Source of the DNA: Mobula hypostoma
Lineage: Eukaryota
DNA length: 64,000 nt
Assembly (NCBI RefSeq): GCF_963921235.1
Contig: NW_026948183.1
Location: 186,001-250,000 of the forward strand
Reading direction: 5' to 3'
Shown: positions 1 to 11,620 of the stretch, in pieces
Numbering within the stretch: the first letter of the stretch is position 1
How the letters are laid out: each line of letters starts with the position of its first letter
Translations under genes and position numbers: made by a program
Notes under the pieces: generated by a model
Told to the model about the DNA's origin: nothing
The model's database searches: none
What the model saw: only the letters and a program-made list of their open reading frames with translations

Positions 1-176
1 AATGAAGAATGATCGAGAAGCATGGCAGTGTAAGACGTGGTTTTACTGCTGTTAAATACAAGTTCAATTCTGTCAGAATATGGTTTGTTATTAGTAACCC
101 ACGGTATGTATAAAGAACACAACACCCCTGACATCTCCTACGTACCTGCTTCCAAGCACTTTAAAATTGTGCCCTC

Positions 177-469
177 TCTGCAGATTTTCTCTTGTTTGTG
201 ACTGGAGGCAGAACAAAGGTGATTTTCACAACAGCTGATGTAAAAGATTTTCTTCTCTTTCTCCGAGTTCCCGATCCTTGCATTTAGACAGCTGGAGCTC
301 AGCTCTGTCTGAGAGATCCATCGGTTCCCATTCCCTCATCAGCCGGAAGCTCCCCGGGGCCCGTGTACGGATGGTGGGGCTGAGAGAGAGGGAAGAGAGC
401 AGGACTGTCCCGGGATTTCGGGTCACGGAGTCCGGAGCTCACAGCAACTACCCGAAGTCGGTGTTGAAA
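177..469 (-). repeat. Inverted duplicate of 6314-6606 (start of ZF gene intron 1)
   Basis: The reverse complement matches nearly base for base. ORF-track peptides 226..426(-) and 6357..(+) are almost identical. Confidence 0.95.
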
Positions 470-515
470 CCCCACCCCGCAACAGTCTCCCTGCAGCCAA
501 TCTCCTTAAGCTTAC

Positions 516-640
516 CGTGTACTGCGCGCATGCGTGATATTCGGCAACGGAACAACCCTGACGCCTGCGCATTTGATCGGTGCTTCTGCGACGGCGAACT
601 TTATATCGCAGGGCTTTATGGGTAATCACGGTGCCATTAA
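516..640 (-). promoter_or_regulatory. CpG-rich promoter/first exon of a leftward gene running off the window; splice donor ACG|GTAAGC at 516/515
   Basis: NRF1-like GCGCGCATGCG near 524-534 and local CpG enrichment. The downstream intron (177-469) is an inverted near-identical copy of intron 1 of ZF gene 1 (6314-6606). Confidence 0.55.
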
Positions 641-804
641 AAGTTTCTGCAAGCACCAGTTTCATGTCCATATCTCAGTTTTTTTTGTGTGTATAGAAAA
701 TTCAGCAGCTGTTTTAACGCAGAAAGCGGCTCCCATAAACAATATACTCAATATCAACGTGTATCTAATTCCAAAGTACAATCCTCTTACAGATGTAGAT
801 ATAA

Positions 805-839
805 AACACAAGAGATTCTGCAGTTGCTGGAAATACAGA

Positions 840-881
<42 letters not shown>

Positions 882-1025
882 GCTGGAGGAACTTTGCAGT
901 TCAGGCAGCGACAAAGCAGAGGAGTACACAGTGCAGGCCTGCTGAAGGGGTTCGGCCTGAATGTTGTCTATTTATTCCTCTCCACATTCGTTGCCTGATC
1001 TGCTGATTTCTTCCAGTATTTTGTA
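805..1025. repeat. Inverted (palindromic) Penelope-type terminal repeat remnant containing an (AC)n microsatellite at about 841-878
   Basis: Arms ctgcagttgctggaaat...tgctggaggaact and ctgctgatttcttccagtattttgt; decayed hammerhead core ctgctgaaggggttcggcctgaa. Confidence 0.7.
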
Positions 1026-1417
1026 GAACCCACTTTTTTTTTCAAGCTGTTTCAAAATGTTTCTGATCTTTCATTTGTAGTCACATCCTGCAGATCTGAT
1101 TCCTCCTCCTCCTCCTCATAAACTCTAGACCCCATCTCTCTCTGGAGCCTCAAAGCCCTGACTCAGGCCGGCATCCCATTGGTTTCTGAATCTGCTCCAT
1201 CGAAGATTCATTCGCTAGTCTGCTGTCAGACTTTAGAGGCGCATTGCAACAACCCAGCTGTCTGAGGCACAGTCCTTTGAAATTAGTGAAAATGATCGAA
1301 AATGTTGAAAAGAGCAGGGAAGAAGGAGTTCAGCTAAATTATTTCACAGCACTGAACAACTTCAAATACACAGGGAGCTCATCGTCTTATTCAGCCTGGA
1401 GAAAATCATGCAGGGAA

Positions 1418-3246
1418 TTCATGCAGGTGTATAAGATGATGAGAGATAGTGGTCGTGTGAACAGCCAGAGGCTTTTTCCCAGGGCTGAAATGCCTAACAC
1501 GAGGGGCATAGTTTTAAGGTATTTGGAATCAGGCGCACAGGAGATGTCAAAGAGTGGAATTCACAGCCAGAGACATTGGTAGACGTGGATACAATAGGTT
1601 CTTTTAAGACACTCTAAGACAATCGACAATAGGTGCAGGAGTAGGCCATACAGCCCTTTGAGTCAGAACCATCTTTCACTGTGATCATGGCTGATCATCC
1701 ACAATCAGTATCCAGTTCCTGCCTTCTCCCCGTAACCTTTGATTCCGCTATCTTTAAGAGCTCTATCCATCTCTTTCTTGAGAGCATCCAGAGACTTGGC
1801 CTCCACAGCCTTCTAGGGCAGAGCATTCCATATATCCACCACTCTCTGGGTGAAAAAGCTTTTCCTCAACTCCGTTCTAAATAGCCTGCCCCTTATTCTT
1901 AAACTGTGGCCTCTGGTTCTGGACTCACCCATCAGCGGGAACATGCTTCCTGCCTCCAGCGTGTCCAATCCCTTAATAATCTTATGTTTCAATAAGATCC
2001 CCTCTAATCCCTCTAAATTCCAGAGTATACAAGCCCAATCGCTCCAATCTTTCAACATATGACAGTCCCGCCATCCCGGGAATTAATCTTGTGAACCTAC
2101 TCTGCACTCCCTCAATAGCATGAATATCCTTCCTCAAATTTGGAGACCAAAATTGCACACAGTACTCCAGGTGTGGTCTCACCAGGGCCCTGTACAACTG
2201 CAGAAGGACCTCTTTGCTCTAATACTCAATTCCCCTTGTTATGAAGGCCAGCATGCCATTAGCTTTCTTCACTGCCTGCTGTACCTGCATGCTTGCTTTC
2301 GGTGACTGATGTACAAGAACACCTAGATCTCGTTGTACTTCCCCTTTTCCTAACTTGACACCATTTAGATAGTAATCTGCCTTCCTGTTCTTGCCAGCAA
2401 AGTGGATAACCTCACATTTATCCACATTAAACTGCATCTGCCATGCATCCGCCCACTCACCCAGCCTGTCCAAGTCACCCTGCATTCTCATACGTCCTGC
2501 TCACATTTCACACTGCCACCCAGCTTTGTGTTATCAGAAAACTTGGTGATGTTACTTTTAATACCTTCATCCAAATCATTAATATATACTGTAAACAGCT
2601 GTGGTCCCAGCACAGAACCCTGCAGTACCCCACTGGTCATCGCCTGCTGTTCTGCCATTAATCCCTACTGTTTGTTTCCTGTCTACCAACCAATTTTCTA
2701 TCCACGTCAGTACTCTACCCCCAATACCATTTGCTCTAATTTTGCACACTAACCTCCTATGTGGGACTTTATCAAAGGCATTCTGAAAGTCCAGGTACAC
2801 TGGCTTTCCCATGTCCATTTTCATAGTTACGTTCTCAAAAAATTCCAGAAGATTAGTCAAGCATCATTTCCCCATCGTAAATCCATGCTGACTCGGACTT
2901 ATCCTGCCACTGCTATCCAAATGTGCTGCTATTACATCTTTTATAATTGATTCCAGCATCTTCCCCACCACTGATGTCAGACTAACTGGTCTATAATTGC
3001 CTGTTTCCTCTCTCCCTCCTTTATTCAAAGGTGGGATTACATTAGCTACCCTCCAATCCACAGGAACTGACCCTGAATCTATAGAACATTGGAAAATGAT
3101 TACCAATAGACAGGTATATGGAGCTTAGGAAAATAGAGGGCAATGCGGTTGGGAAATTCCAGGCAGTTTCTGGAGTAGGTTACATGGTCGGTACAACATT
3201 GTGAGCCGAAGGGCCTGCAATCTGCTCTAGATTTCTATGATTCTAT
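1418..3246 (+). mobile_element. CR1 LINE 3' end (1418-1620 and 3107-3246) split by a younger antisense CR1
   Basis: EFMQVYKMMR...LFPRAEM peptide; the 3' UTR resumes at 3107 and ends in a ttctatgattctatga tail. Confidence 0.75.
1621..3106 (-). mobile_element. CR1 LINE ORF2 (reverse transcriptase) fragment, frameshifted
   Basis: NYRPVSLTSVVGK, YLDFQNAFDKVPH, QFNVDKCEVIH and LVRPHLEYCVQFWSP motifs; closely related to the 43733-45790 copy. Confidence 0.93.
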
Positions 3247-4241
3247 GAAATTCAGGGGAAATCTCTTCTCCTGCAGAGTAGTGACGAGTTGCAACCTGTC
3301 ATCATGGGGAGAGTGAGAGGTGAAGTGAACAACAGGACTAGACTTTAAAATACTGATATGGAACAGAAACATGGGCAGGGACCAGACGGACTGAGTGGCC
3401 TCTCTAGTGTACATTGTAAGTTCGGCAGAGACAGTAAGTATCTGTGACATGAGATTTGAAACAGAACTGATTTATCTTTTACAGATCCACAATATTAAAC
3501 ATCAGTCTAGTTTAAGGCAAACATCAGAAGAACATTGGATTTGATAAGGTACACCATGCAAGACTTATTGAGAAAGTAAGGAGGCCTGGGATCCAAGGGG
3601 AGATTGCTTTGTGGATCAAGAGCTGGCTTGCCCACAGAAGGCAAAGAGTGGTTGTAGACAGGTCATATTCTTCATGGAGGTCGGTGACCAGCTGTGTGCC
3701 TCAGGGATCTGTTCTGGGACCCCTACTCTTCATGATTTTTATAAATGACCTGGATGAGGAAGTGGAGGGATGGGTTAGTAAATTTGCTGATGACACAAAG
3801 GTTTGAGGTGTTGCGGATAGTGTGGAGGGCTGTCAGAGGTTACAGCAGACATGGATAGGATGCAAAACTGGGCTGAGAAGTAGAAAATGGAATTCAACCC
3901 AGATAAGTGTGAGGTGGTTCACTTTGGTAGGCCAAATATCATGGCAGAATATAGTATTAATGGTAAGACTCTTGGCAGTGTGGCGGATCAGAGGGATCTT
4001 TTGGTCCGAGTCCATAGGTCACTCAAAGCTGCTATGCAGGTTGACTCTGTGGTTAAGAAGGCGTACGGTGCATTGGCCTTACTCAACCCTGGGATTGAGT
4101 TTAGGAGCCGAGAGGTAGTGTTACAGCTAAATAGGACCCTGGTCAACCCCACTTGGAGTACTGTGCTCAGTTCTGTTCGCCTCACTACAGGAAGGACGTG
4201 GAAACCATAGAAAGGGTGTGGAAGAGATTTACAAGGATGTT

Positions 4242-4343
4242 CAAGCAACACACATAAAAGTTGCTGGTGAACGCAGCAGGCCAGGCTGCATCTCTAGGAA
4301 GAGGTGCAGTCGACGTTTCAGGCTGAGACCCTTCGTCAGGACT
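4242..4343 (-). mobile_element. Short Penelope-like element terminal-repeat insert with target-site duplication
   Basis: Flanked by acaaggatgtt / acagggatgtt direct repeats inside the CR1; carries a hammerhead motif. Confidence 0.75.
4308..4343 (-). ncRNA. Minimal type I hammerhead ribozyme motif
   Basis: The minus strand reads AGTC-CTGACGA-AGG(GTCTCAG)CCT-GAAA-CGTC-GACT: stem I AGTC/GACT, CUGANGA core, stem II, GAAA, palindromic ACGU helix III and a GUC cleavage triplet. Confidence 0.75.
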
Positions 4344-5089
4344 ACAGGGATGTTGCCTGGATTGGGGAGCATGCCTTATGAGAATAGGTTGAGTGAACTC
4401 GGCCTTTTCTCCTTGGGGTGATGGAGGATGAGCGGTGATCTGATAGAGGTGTATAGGATGATGAGAGGCATTGATCTTGTGGATAGTCAGAGGCTTTTTC
4501 CCAGGGCTGAAATGGTTGCCACAGAGGACACAGGTTTAAGGTGCTGGGGAGTAGGTGCAGAGGAGATGTCAGGGGTAAGTTTTTTTTTGCAGAGAGAGTG
4601 GTGAGTGCGTGGAATGGTCTGCCAGCGATGGTGGTGGAGGCGGATATGATAGGGACTTTGAAGAGTCTCCTGGACATGGAAGTTAGAAAAATAGGGGGCT
4701 ATGGGTAACCCTAGGTAATTTCTGAGGTAAGGATATATTCGGCACAGCATTGTGGCTGAGGGGCCTATGTTCTGCTGTAGTTTTTCTATGTTTCTAGTTT
4801 CTATTCACATTCCTCCTGCCTCACTGGACAGGAACACTGAAACATCAAGTGAGAAACAGCAGGAAGTGGCCATTCAGCCCCTCTAACCATCAACAGAATG
4901 GTGGCTGCTCTCCCATCTCAGCCATATGTTTCTGCCCGATCCTCATTTCCTCAATCCCTCTGGTCTCCACACATCTGCCGGCCTCTGTTTTATGTGAGGA
5001 CGATCACTGAGTCTTCACCGGCCTCTGTGGTGGGGATTTACAGACATTCACCACCCTCAGAGTAGAGATATTTCCCCTCATCTCAGTCC

Positions 5090-6240
5090 CGGACAGTCCA
5101 CCCCTTTTTCAGAGACTGGGATCCCTGGTTCAGCCGGTAATGATATTGTGCATTTCAATGTGTTCACCTCTCAGTCCTCGATTCTCTAAATGAAAAGGTT
5201 ATCACATTTGATCTTTCTTCATACAATGACCCCACCACTCCAGGGATCAGTCTGGTGAATCTTCATTGCACTCTCCATAACAAATACTCTCTAACCTCTT
5301 TGTTAATCCTCTATGGAGTTAATTTCCATCTTCTGCAGCCCCGTGTTGCCCCAACCACTCACCTCCCACCCCCGTCACTATTTCCACCTTCCCACCTCCC
5401 CCCTCACCTGGATCCACCTCTCACTCCCCAGCTCTTGCCCCATCCCCACCCCTCACCTCTTTTCTCTGACTATTTCCCGTCCACTCTCAGTCCAGAGGGA
5501 GGGTCTCGGCCCGAAATGTTGACGGTCCATTTCCCTCCACAGATGCTGCCCGACCCACTGAGTTCCTCCGGCAGTTTGTTCTTTGGTCTGTATGACCCGT
5601 GTTAGTGTGGGGAGCGGGATTTTACACCATATTCCAGGTACAGTCTCAACAAAACACAAATAATTGTCACTTTGCCCGGACCATTGGCCCCGCTTGCAGG
5701 GCAACAGTCTGCCGGTGTTTGCCCCCCAATGTGGTGAATCGCCACCACCGTGGGCTCAGACATTTCCACAGATGAGCCCCTCCTGTCCCCACCGGGACAA
5801 ACATCCTGTCCGCCCCCTCTCTCACCGTCTTCATCCTTTCAATAAAATGCCCCTCTCCCTCCCCGGGGAACCGGCATCAAACCGACGGGCCGAGCGGTCT
5901 CCTCCTACCTCTCAGCGACACATCAGACTCCGGCCGCAGGAGACGCTTCACAAACGCCCCAACTTCCCTCAGAGGGAAATGGAAATAAATCAGAAAGCGG
6001 ACATTTACTTTGACGGTTGTCCCGCCGTGACGGAAAGTTCGGGAGACGGTGTCAGCGGGGTAACGCCCTCTCGGTTGGTCCGCCTTCGCTATTGGCTGGA
6101 AGCAATGATTGACATCGCTTCGTACCAATGGGAATAGCGCAGCGCGTGACTCCGCTGCTGACAGCGGTGGGGGAGGGGCTGCTCACGTGATTAGTAGCCC
6201 AGCCGTTAAACCGACCAAGCTCGAGCTCACCAGCGCGCGG
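5090..6240 (+). repeat. Promoter cassette, copy A (old CR1 flank, Penelope-type repeat 5325-5585, CpG island)
   Basis: Homologous to 23900-24838, 51235-52142, 58200-58852 and 61075-61660, all in reverse orientation. Confidence 0.92.
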
Positions 6241-6270
6241 TGCACAAAAGGCCCCGGATGATCGGTTGAG
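5990..6270 (+). promoter_or_regulatory. CpG-island promoter and non-coding exon 1 of ZF gene 1; donor GAG|GTAAGA at 6270/6271
   Basis: GGGTAACGCCC, ATTGG 6091, TGATTGACA 6106, CCAAT 6125, CACGTG 6184, then a consensus donor. Confidence 0.7.
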
Positions 6271-6582
6271 GTAAGAAGGGATCTCCGGGTTGGGGGTCTC
6301 ACCGGGCGGGCGTTTTCAACACCGACTTCGGGTAGTTGCTGTGAGCTCCGGACTCCGTGACCCGCAATCCCGGGACAGTCCTGCTCTCTTCCCTCTCTCT
6401 CAGCCCCACCATCCGTACACGGGCCCCGGGGAGCTTCCGGCTGATGAGGGAATGGGAACCGATGGATCTCTCAGACAGAGCTGAGCTCCAGCTGTCTAAA
6501 TGCAAGGATCGGGAACTCGGAGAAAGGGAACAAAATCTTTTACATCAGCTGTTGAGAAAATCACCTTTGTTCTGCCTCCAGT

Positions 6583-6720
6583 CACAAACAAGAGAAAATC
6601 TGCAGATGCTGGAAATCCGAGCAACACACACAAATTGCTGGAGGAACTCAGCATTAGTACTCTTTTCCATAGATGCTGCCTGGCCTGCTGAGTTCCTCCA
6701 GCATTTTGTGTCTGTTGCTT
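6583..6720. repeat. Palindromic Penelope-type terminal repeat remnant
   Basis: agcaacacacacaaattgctggaggaactcagca pairs with tgctgagttcctccagcattttgtgtctgttgct. Confidence 0.8.
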
Positions 6721-7464
6721 GTTCTACCCCCTCTTGTTCTGGACTTTTCTACCCGTGAGAACATGTTTTGTCCCACTCTCTCTGGGTACATAATGATATC
6801 AAACACCTTTGTCCTGGGCAACAAGTAGCTTTCACATCACAAATGTGCCAGACTCCAATGAGACAGACTACTGCCCTTCCCTTCATATTCACTGGCATTG
6901 CCATCACTGAGTTCACCACCATCAGTCACCTGGGGGAGGGTTCAGGGGAAATATTAATGTACAATACAGAAACTGGTGTTACCTGTGTATATTGTGAGGA
7001 TGCAAAAGTTGCTGGAGAATTTGCAAGTCGGAAGCAGTGGAGTGATATTTGAAAATCTGACTTTTTATGGCATCATTTAGCAAGCAAATCAGATATGGAC
7101 GGTGTGCAAATGCTCCAGTGAGAAAATCCTTCATTACCTGCTCCAGACCTGTTACATAGGTTGTGTGAGAGTGCAGATCAAAATTATTATTGACAGTGAT
7201 TTGCTGGCTGTTAAAATGAGTACCTCTATATATAAAATTCAGTGTGCACATGTTGTGTCGCCACTTTTAGGAGTTGGGGCTGGAAATGGATGAATTCCAT
7301 ATCATCTGGGAGTCGGAGGGGATGATAGTTATGACATGAAGAGAGGTGAGTTACACCCAAGGTGCAGGACACAGGAAACTGCGTGAGAGTCTGGGAGGGG
7401 AATGAGGTTAAATAGCCATCGCAGAGTGCTCTTGTGGCCATCCCCCACAACAACAGGTAGGCCA

Positions 7465-7960
7465 TAGATAGGGTGCAGAGGAGATTTACAAGAATTTTGC
7501 CTCGACTGGCGAGCATGCCTTATGAGAACATGTTGAGTGAACTCGTCCTTTTTTCCTTGTAGTGACGGAGGATGAGAGGTGACCTGATAGAGGTGTACGA
7601 GATAATGAGAGGCATTGATCATGTGAATAGTCTGAGGCTTTTTCCCAGGGCTGAAATGGCTAGCAAGAGAGGGCATAGGTTTAAGGTGCTTGGAAGTAAA
7701 TACAGAGGAGATGTCAGGGATAAGTTATTCATGCAGAGAGTGGTGAGTGCGTGGAATGGGCTATCGGCGATGGTGGTGGAAGTGGAAAAGATGGGGTATT
7801 TTAAGAGACTCCTGGATGGGTACATGGAGCTTAGAAAAGTAGAGGGCTGTGGGTAAGCCTAGGTAGTTCTAAGGTAGGGACATGTTTGGCATAGCTTTGT
7901 GGGCCGAAGAGCCTGTTTTCTGCTGTAGGTTTTCTATTTTTTTTTTTATTTCTATGTATT
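7465..7960 (+). mobile_element. CR1 LINE 3' fragment
   Basis: MRGDLIEVYEIMRG...LFPR...RVVSAWNGL peptide; ttctat tail. Confidence 0.88.
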
Positions 7961-8174
7961 CTACCACTTTGGAAACTGTTGGGGGTGGGGGGATTACGTG
8001 GCAGAGGAAAGTCAAGCGGGTGATAGGGGATTTGCTAGTTCGGGGAACAGAACTAGAAGGGGACTGATATCCTAGTGTTAAGGCTTGCTTGTGCTAGTGT
8101 GGTGGGTGGTGGGGGGTGGGTTAAACTAAAGTTGTAGAGGGGATGGGAGCCAGAATGCCAGATAATAGAGAGGG

Positions 8175-8905
8175 TGAATTGAATTGACTTTCTTACTTAC
8201 ATCCTTCACATGCATAAGGAGTAAAAATCTTTGTTGCATCTCCGTCTAAATGTGCAATGTGCGATTTATAGTAATTTATAATAGAACAGGGCAGTCAATA
8301 TAACATAGAAATACAGTTGTATCAGCATGAATTAAGCAGTGTGATGGCCTGATGGAAGATGCCTGTTGGTCCTGGCTTTTATGCTGCAGTACCGTTTCCG
8401 GATGGTAGCAGCTTGGAACAGTTTGTGGTTCGGGTGAGTAGGGTCCCCAATGATCCACCAGGCCCCTTTACACACCTGTCCTTGTAAATGTCCTGAATCA
8501 TGGGCAGTTCATAACTACAGATGTGCTGGACTGCCCGCACCACCCTCTGCAAAGTCTGTGATTAAGGAAAGTACAGTTCCCATACCAGGCACTGATGCAG
8601 CCAGTCAGGATGCTCACAATTGTGACCCTGTAGAAAGTTCTCAGGATTTGGGGCCCCGTTTCAAACTTCTTCAACCGTCTGACGTGAAGGGGGCACTGTT
8701 GTGCCTTTTTCACCACACAGCTGGTATGTACAGACCACATGAGATCCTCGGTGATGTGTATGTCGAGGAACTTAAAGCTTTTCCCCTTCTCAACCCCAGA
8801 TCCACTGATGTAAATAGGGGTTAGCCTGTCTCCATTCCTTCTGTAGTCCATAATCAGCTCCTTTGTTTTTGTGGCAATGAGGGAGAGGTTGTTTTCTTGA
8901 AACCA
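8175..8905 (-). mobile_element. Rex/Babar-type non-LTR retrotransposon 3' fragment
   Basis: PIYISGSGVE..SFKFL.IHITEDL.WS.HT..VVKKAQQ...RRLKKF..ILRTFY motif. Confidence 0.8.
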
Positions 8906-9909
8906 GGCAAATGTTATTCAGACTTCAGGGCATAGAATTGTGATATTGTAGCCATTTCTGGGACTTGTTTGCACCCAGCAATCTGAAGAATTTGGAGGAA
9001 CAAATTAGCAAGAGAGATCTCAGACTACACCAATGCTTGATATACTAAGCGATTTTAAATTTCCATAGATTGACGTGACTCCCATATGTAAAAGGACTAG
9101 ATGGGGTAGAGTTTGTCAAATGTGCCATTAATCAGCACGTAGAATTCCCAGCATAGAAATGTGCAATAAGCTATTAGAAAATAATCCAGGGCTAGTGACA
9201 GAATATTAGTGTATGGGAACACTTTGCATCTCGTGATCATAATGCCGTGAGATTCCAAGTTAACATGGAAAAAGAAAGGACTGAACCATGGGTCGAGATT
9301 CTAAATTGGAGAAAGATCAATTCTGATGGTATCAGAATGGATCTGACAAGTGAGGATTGGGACAGGATCTCTTTGGCAAAGGAGTACTTGGTAAGTGGGA
9401 GTTCTTCAGAAGTGAAGTTTTGAGGGTGTAGAGTTTGTATGTGCCTGTCAAAATAAAAGTTGAAAGGTAACTGGTGCAGGGAACCTTGGTTTTGAAGAGA
9501 TATCAAGGCCCCGGATATTTTGTTCCTCTAAATGCCTCAGACTGTTGGGTGCTACAAAGACTCATTAGTGACTACAATATCATAATTCCACGCCCAGAGC
9601 TCATCTGACATTTTGTTTTTTAGTTGTCTTCTGTCGCTTTCTAAAAGCTTCCTAATCGTTTTTGTTCTTTTGTTTGCCCTCTCTTTGGTTTTTATGTCGA
9701 CTTTGGCTTCTCATTTGAGCCATGGTTGTGTCCTCCTGCCTTTCCAAGGCTTCCACTTCTTTGGGATGTATCGATCATTCAGCTCCCAAATTGCTCCCAG
9801 AAACTCCAGCCACTGCTGCTCTGTCGTCATTCCTACCAGTTCCCCTTCCAGTCAAATTTGGCCAGCTTCTCTATCATAGAAACATGGAGAAGTTCAGTAC
9901 AGAAACATG

Positions 9910-11620
9910 CCCACTCGGGAAGACCAGAATGGTAATCTACATGAGGAGACAAAATAGATGGGGAGATATTATTTTTGCATCTGCATTTACACAGGAGATG
10001 GACGCAGTCTACAGCAGTGAGGCAAAGCAGCATCAACTTCATGGACCCTGTACAGATTACAGAGGTGGAGGTGTTTGCTGTCTTAAGGCAAATTAGCGTG
10101 GATAAATCCCCAGGGCCTGACAAGTTGTTCCCTGAGACCCTGCGGAAGACAGTGCAGAAATTGTCAGGGCCCATGCATAGATATTTAAATCGTCCTTAGT
10201 GACAGGTGAGGTACTGGAGGATTGGAGGACAGCCAATGTTGTTCTGCTGTTCAAGAAAGGCTCTTAAAAATAAACTAGGAAATTATACATTGGTGAACTT
10301 GACATCAGCAGTGGGAAAGTTATTGGAATGAGTGTGCAGGAGCCAGATATATAAGTATTTGGATAGATGTGGATTGATTGAGGACAGGCAGCATGGCTTT
10401 GTGCATAGTAGGTCATGTCTAACCAATCTTGTAGAATTTCTGGAGGAAGTTATCAGGAAAGTGGATGAAGGCAAGGCAGTGAATGTTGTCTATGTGGACT
10501 TTAGCAAGGCACTAGACAAAGTCTCATATGGGAGGTTGGTCAAGAAGGTTCAGTCACTCAGCATTCAAGATGAGATAGTAAATTGGATGAGACACTGTCT
10601 TTGGGAGAAGCTAGAGTGTGGTAGCAGATGGTTGCCTCTCTGACTGGAGGCCTGTGGCTAGTGGTTGCCACAGGGATCGGTGAGGGATCTGTTGTTGTTT
10701 GTCATCTATATCAGTAATCTGATGATAACATGGTTAGCTGGATCAGCAAATTTGTGGATGACACCAAGACTGTGGGTGTAGTGGAAAGCAAGAAAAAATA
10801 TGGTATCTTGCAGTGTGATCTGGATCAGCTGGAGAAATGGAAAATGGAATTTAATGGAGACAAGTGTGAGGTGTTGCATTTTGGTGGGACCAAGGTCTTA
10901 CACAGTGAATGGTCGGGCACTGAGGATTGCTGTAGAAGGAAAGGATCTGGGAATACATGTCCATAGTTCACTGAAAGTGATGTCACAGTTAAATAGGGAC
11001 GGAAAGAAAGATTTAGGCACATTGGCCTTCATAAAGCAAAGTACTGAGTACAGGAGATGGATGTTATGTTGACTTTGTACAAGACATTGGTGAGGCCTAA
11101 TTTGGAGTGTTGTGTGCAGTTTTGGTCTCCAATGTGCAGGAAAGATGTAAAAGAGGTTGAAAGAGTTCAGAGAAAATTCACATGGATGTTGCCAAGTCTG
11201 GAGAACTTGGATTATAAGGAAAGTTTGAACAGATCAGGACTTTATTCCTTGGAATGTAAAAGATTGAGGGGAGATTTGATGTAGGTATACCACAATTATG
11301 AGGGGTATAGATAGGGTAAATGCAAGCTGGCTTTTACCACTGAGATGGGGTAGGACTACAACCAGAGGCCATGGGTTAAGGGTGAAAGGTGAAACATTAA
11401 GGGGAATGTGAGGGGATACTTCTTCACACAGACGGTCATCCAGGTGTGGAATGAGTAGCCAGCACAAGTGGTGCATGTGAGCTCAATTTCAACATTTAAG
11501 AGGTTTGCATAGGTACCTGGATGGTAGGGGTATGGGAGTGGGTGGTTTAAATAGTTCAGCACAAACCAGATGGCCCAAAGGGCCTGTTTCTGTGTTGTAA
11601 TTTTCTATGACTGTGACAAG
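9910..11620 (+). mobile_element. Decayed CR1 LINE ORF2
   Basis: DKSPGPD, QHGFV..RSCLTNL.EF, YVDFSKALDKV, KFVDDTK and LVRPNLECCVQFWSP motifs across several frames. Confidence 0.9.

Larger units (their letters stand above)
3548..4803 (+). mobile_element. CR1 LINE RT/3' fragment interrupted by a Penelope-type insert
   Basis: [19 protein letters not shown] and EFNPDKCEVVHFG motifs; (tttctatg) tail near 4785-4803. Confidence 0.9.

Noticed and set aside
3430-3545. Donor GTAAGT and acceptor ttttacag near 3435-3484
   Set aside because: Too close together for a normal intron, with no linked ORF or promoter.
5453-6137. 83-aa and about 150-aa ORFs recurring at 5.5, 24.4, 51.5 and 61.1 kb
   Set aside because: They recur because the DNA is duplicated. 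They have non-ATG starts, indels between copies and overlap a Penelope-type repeat.
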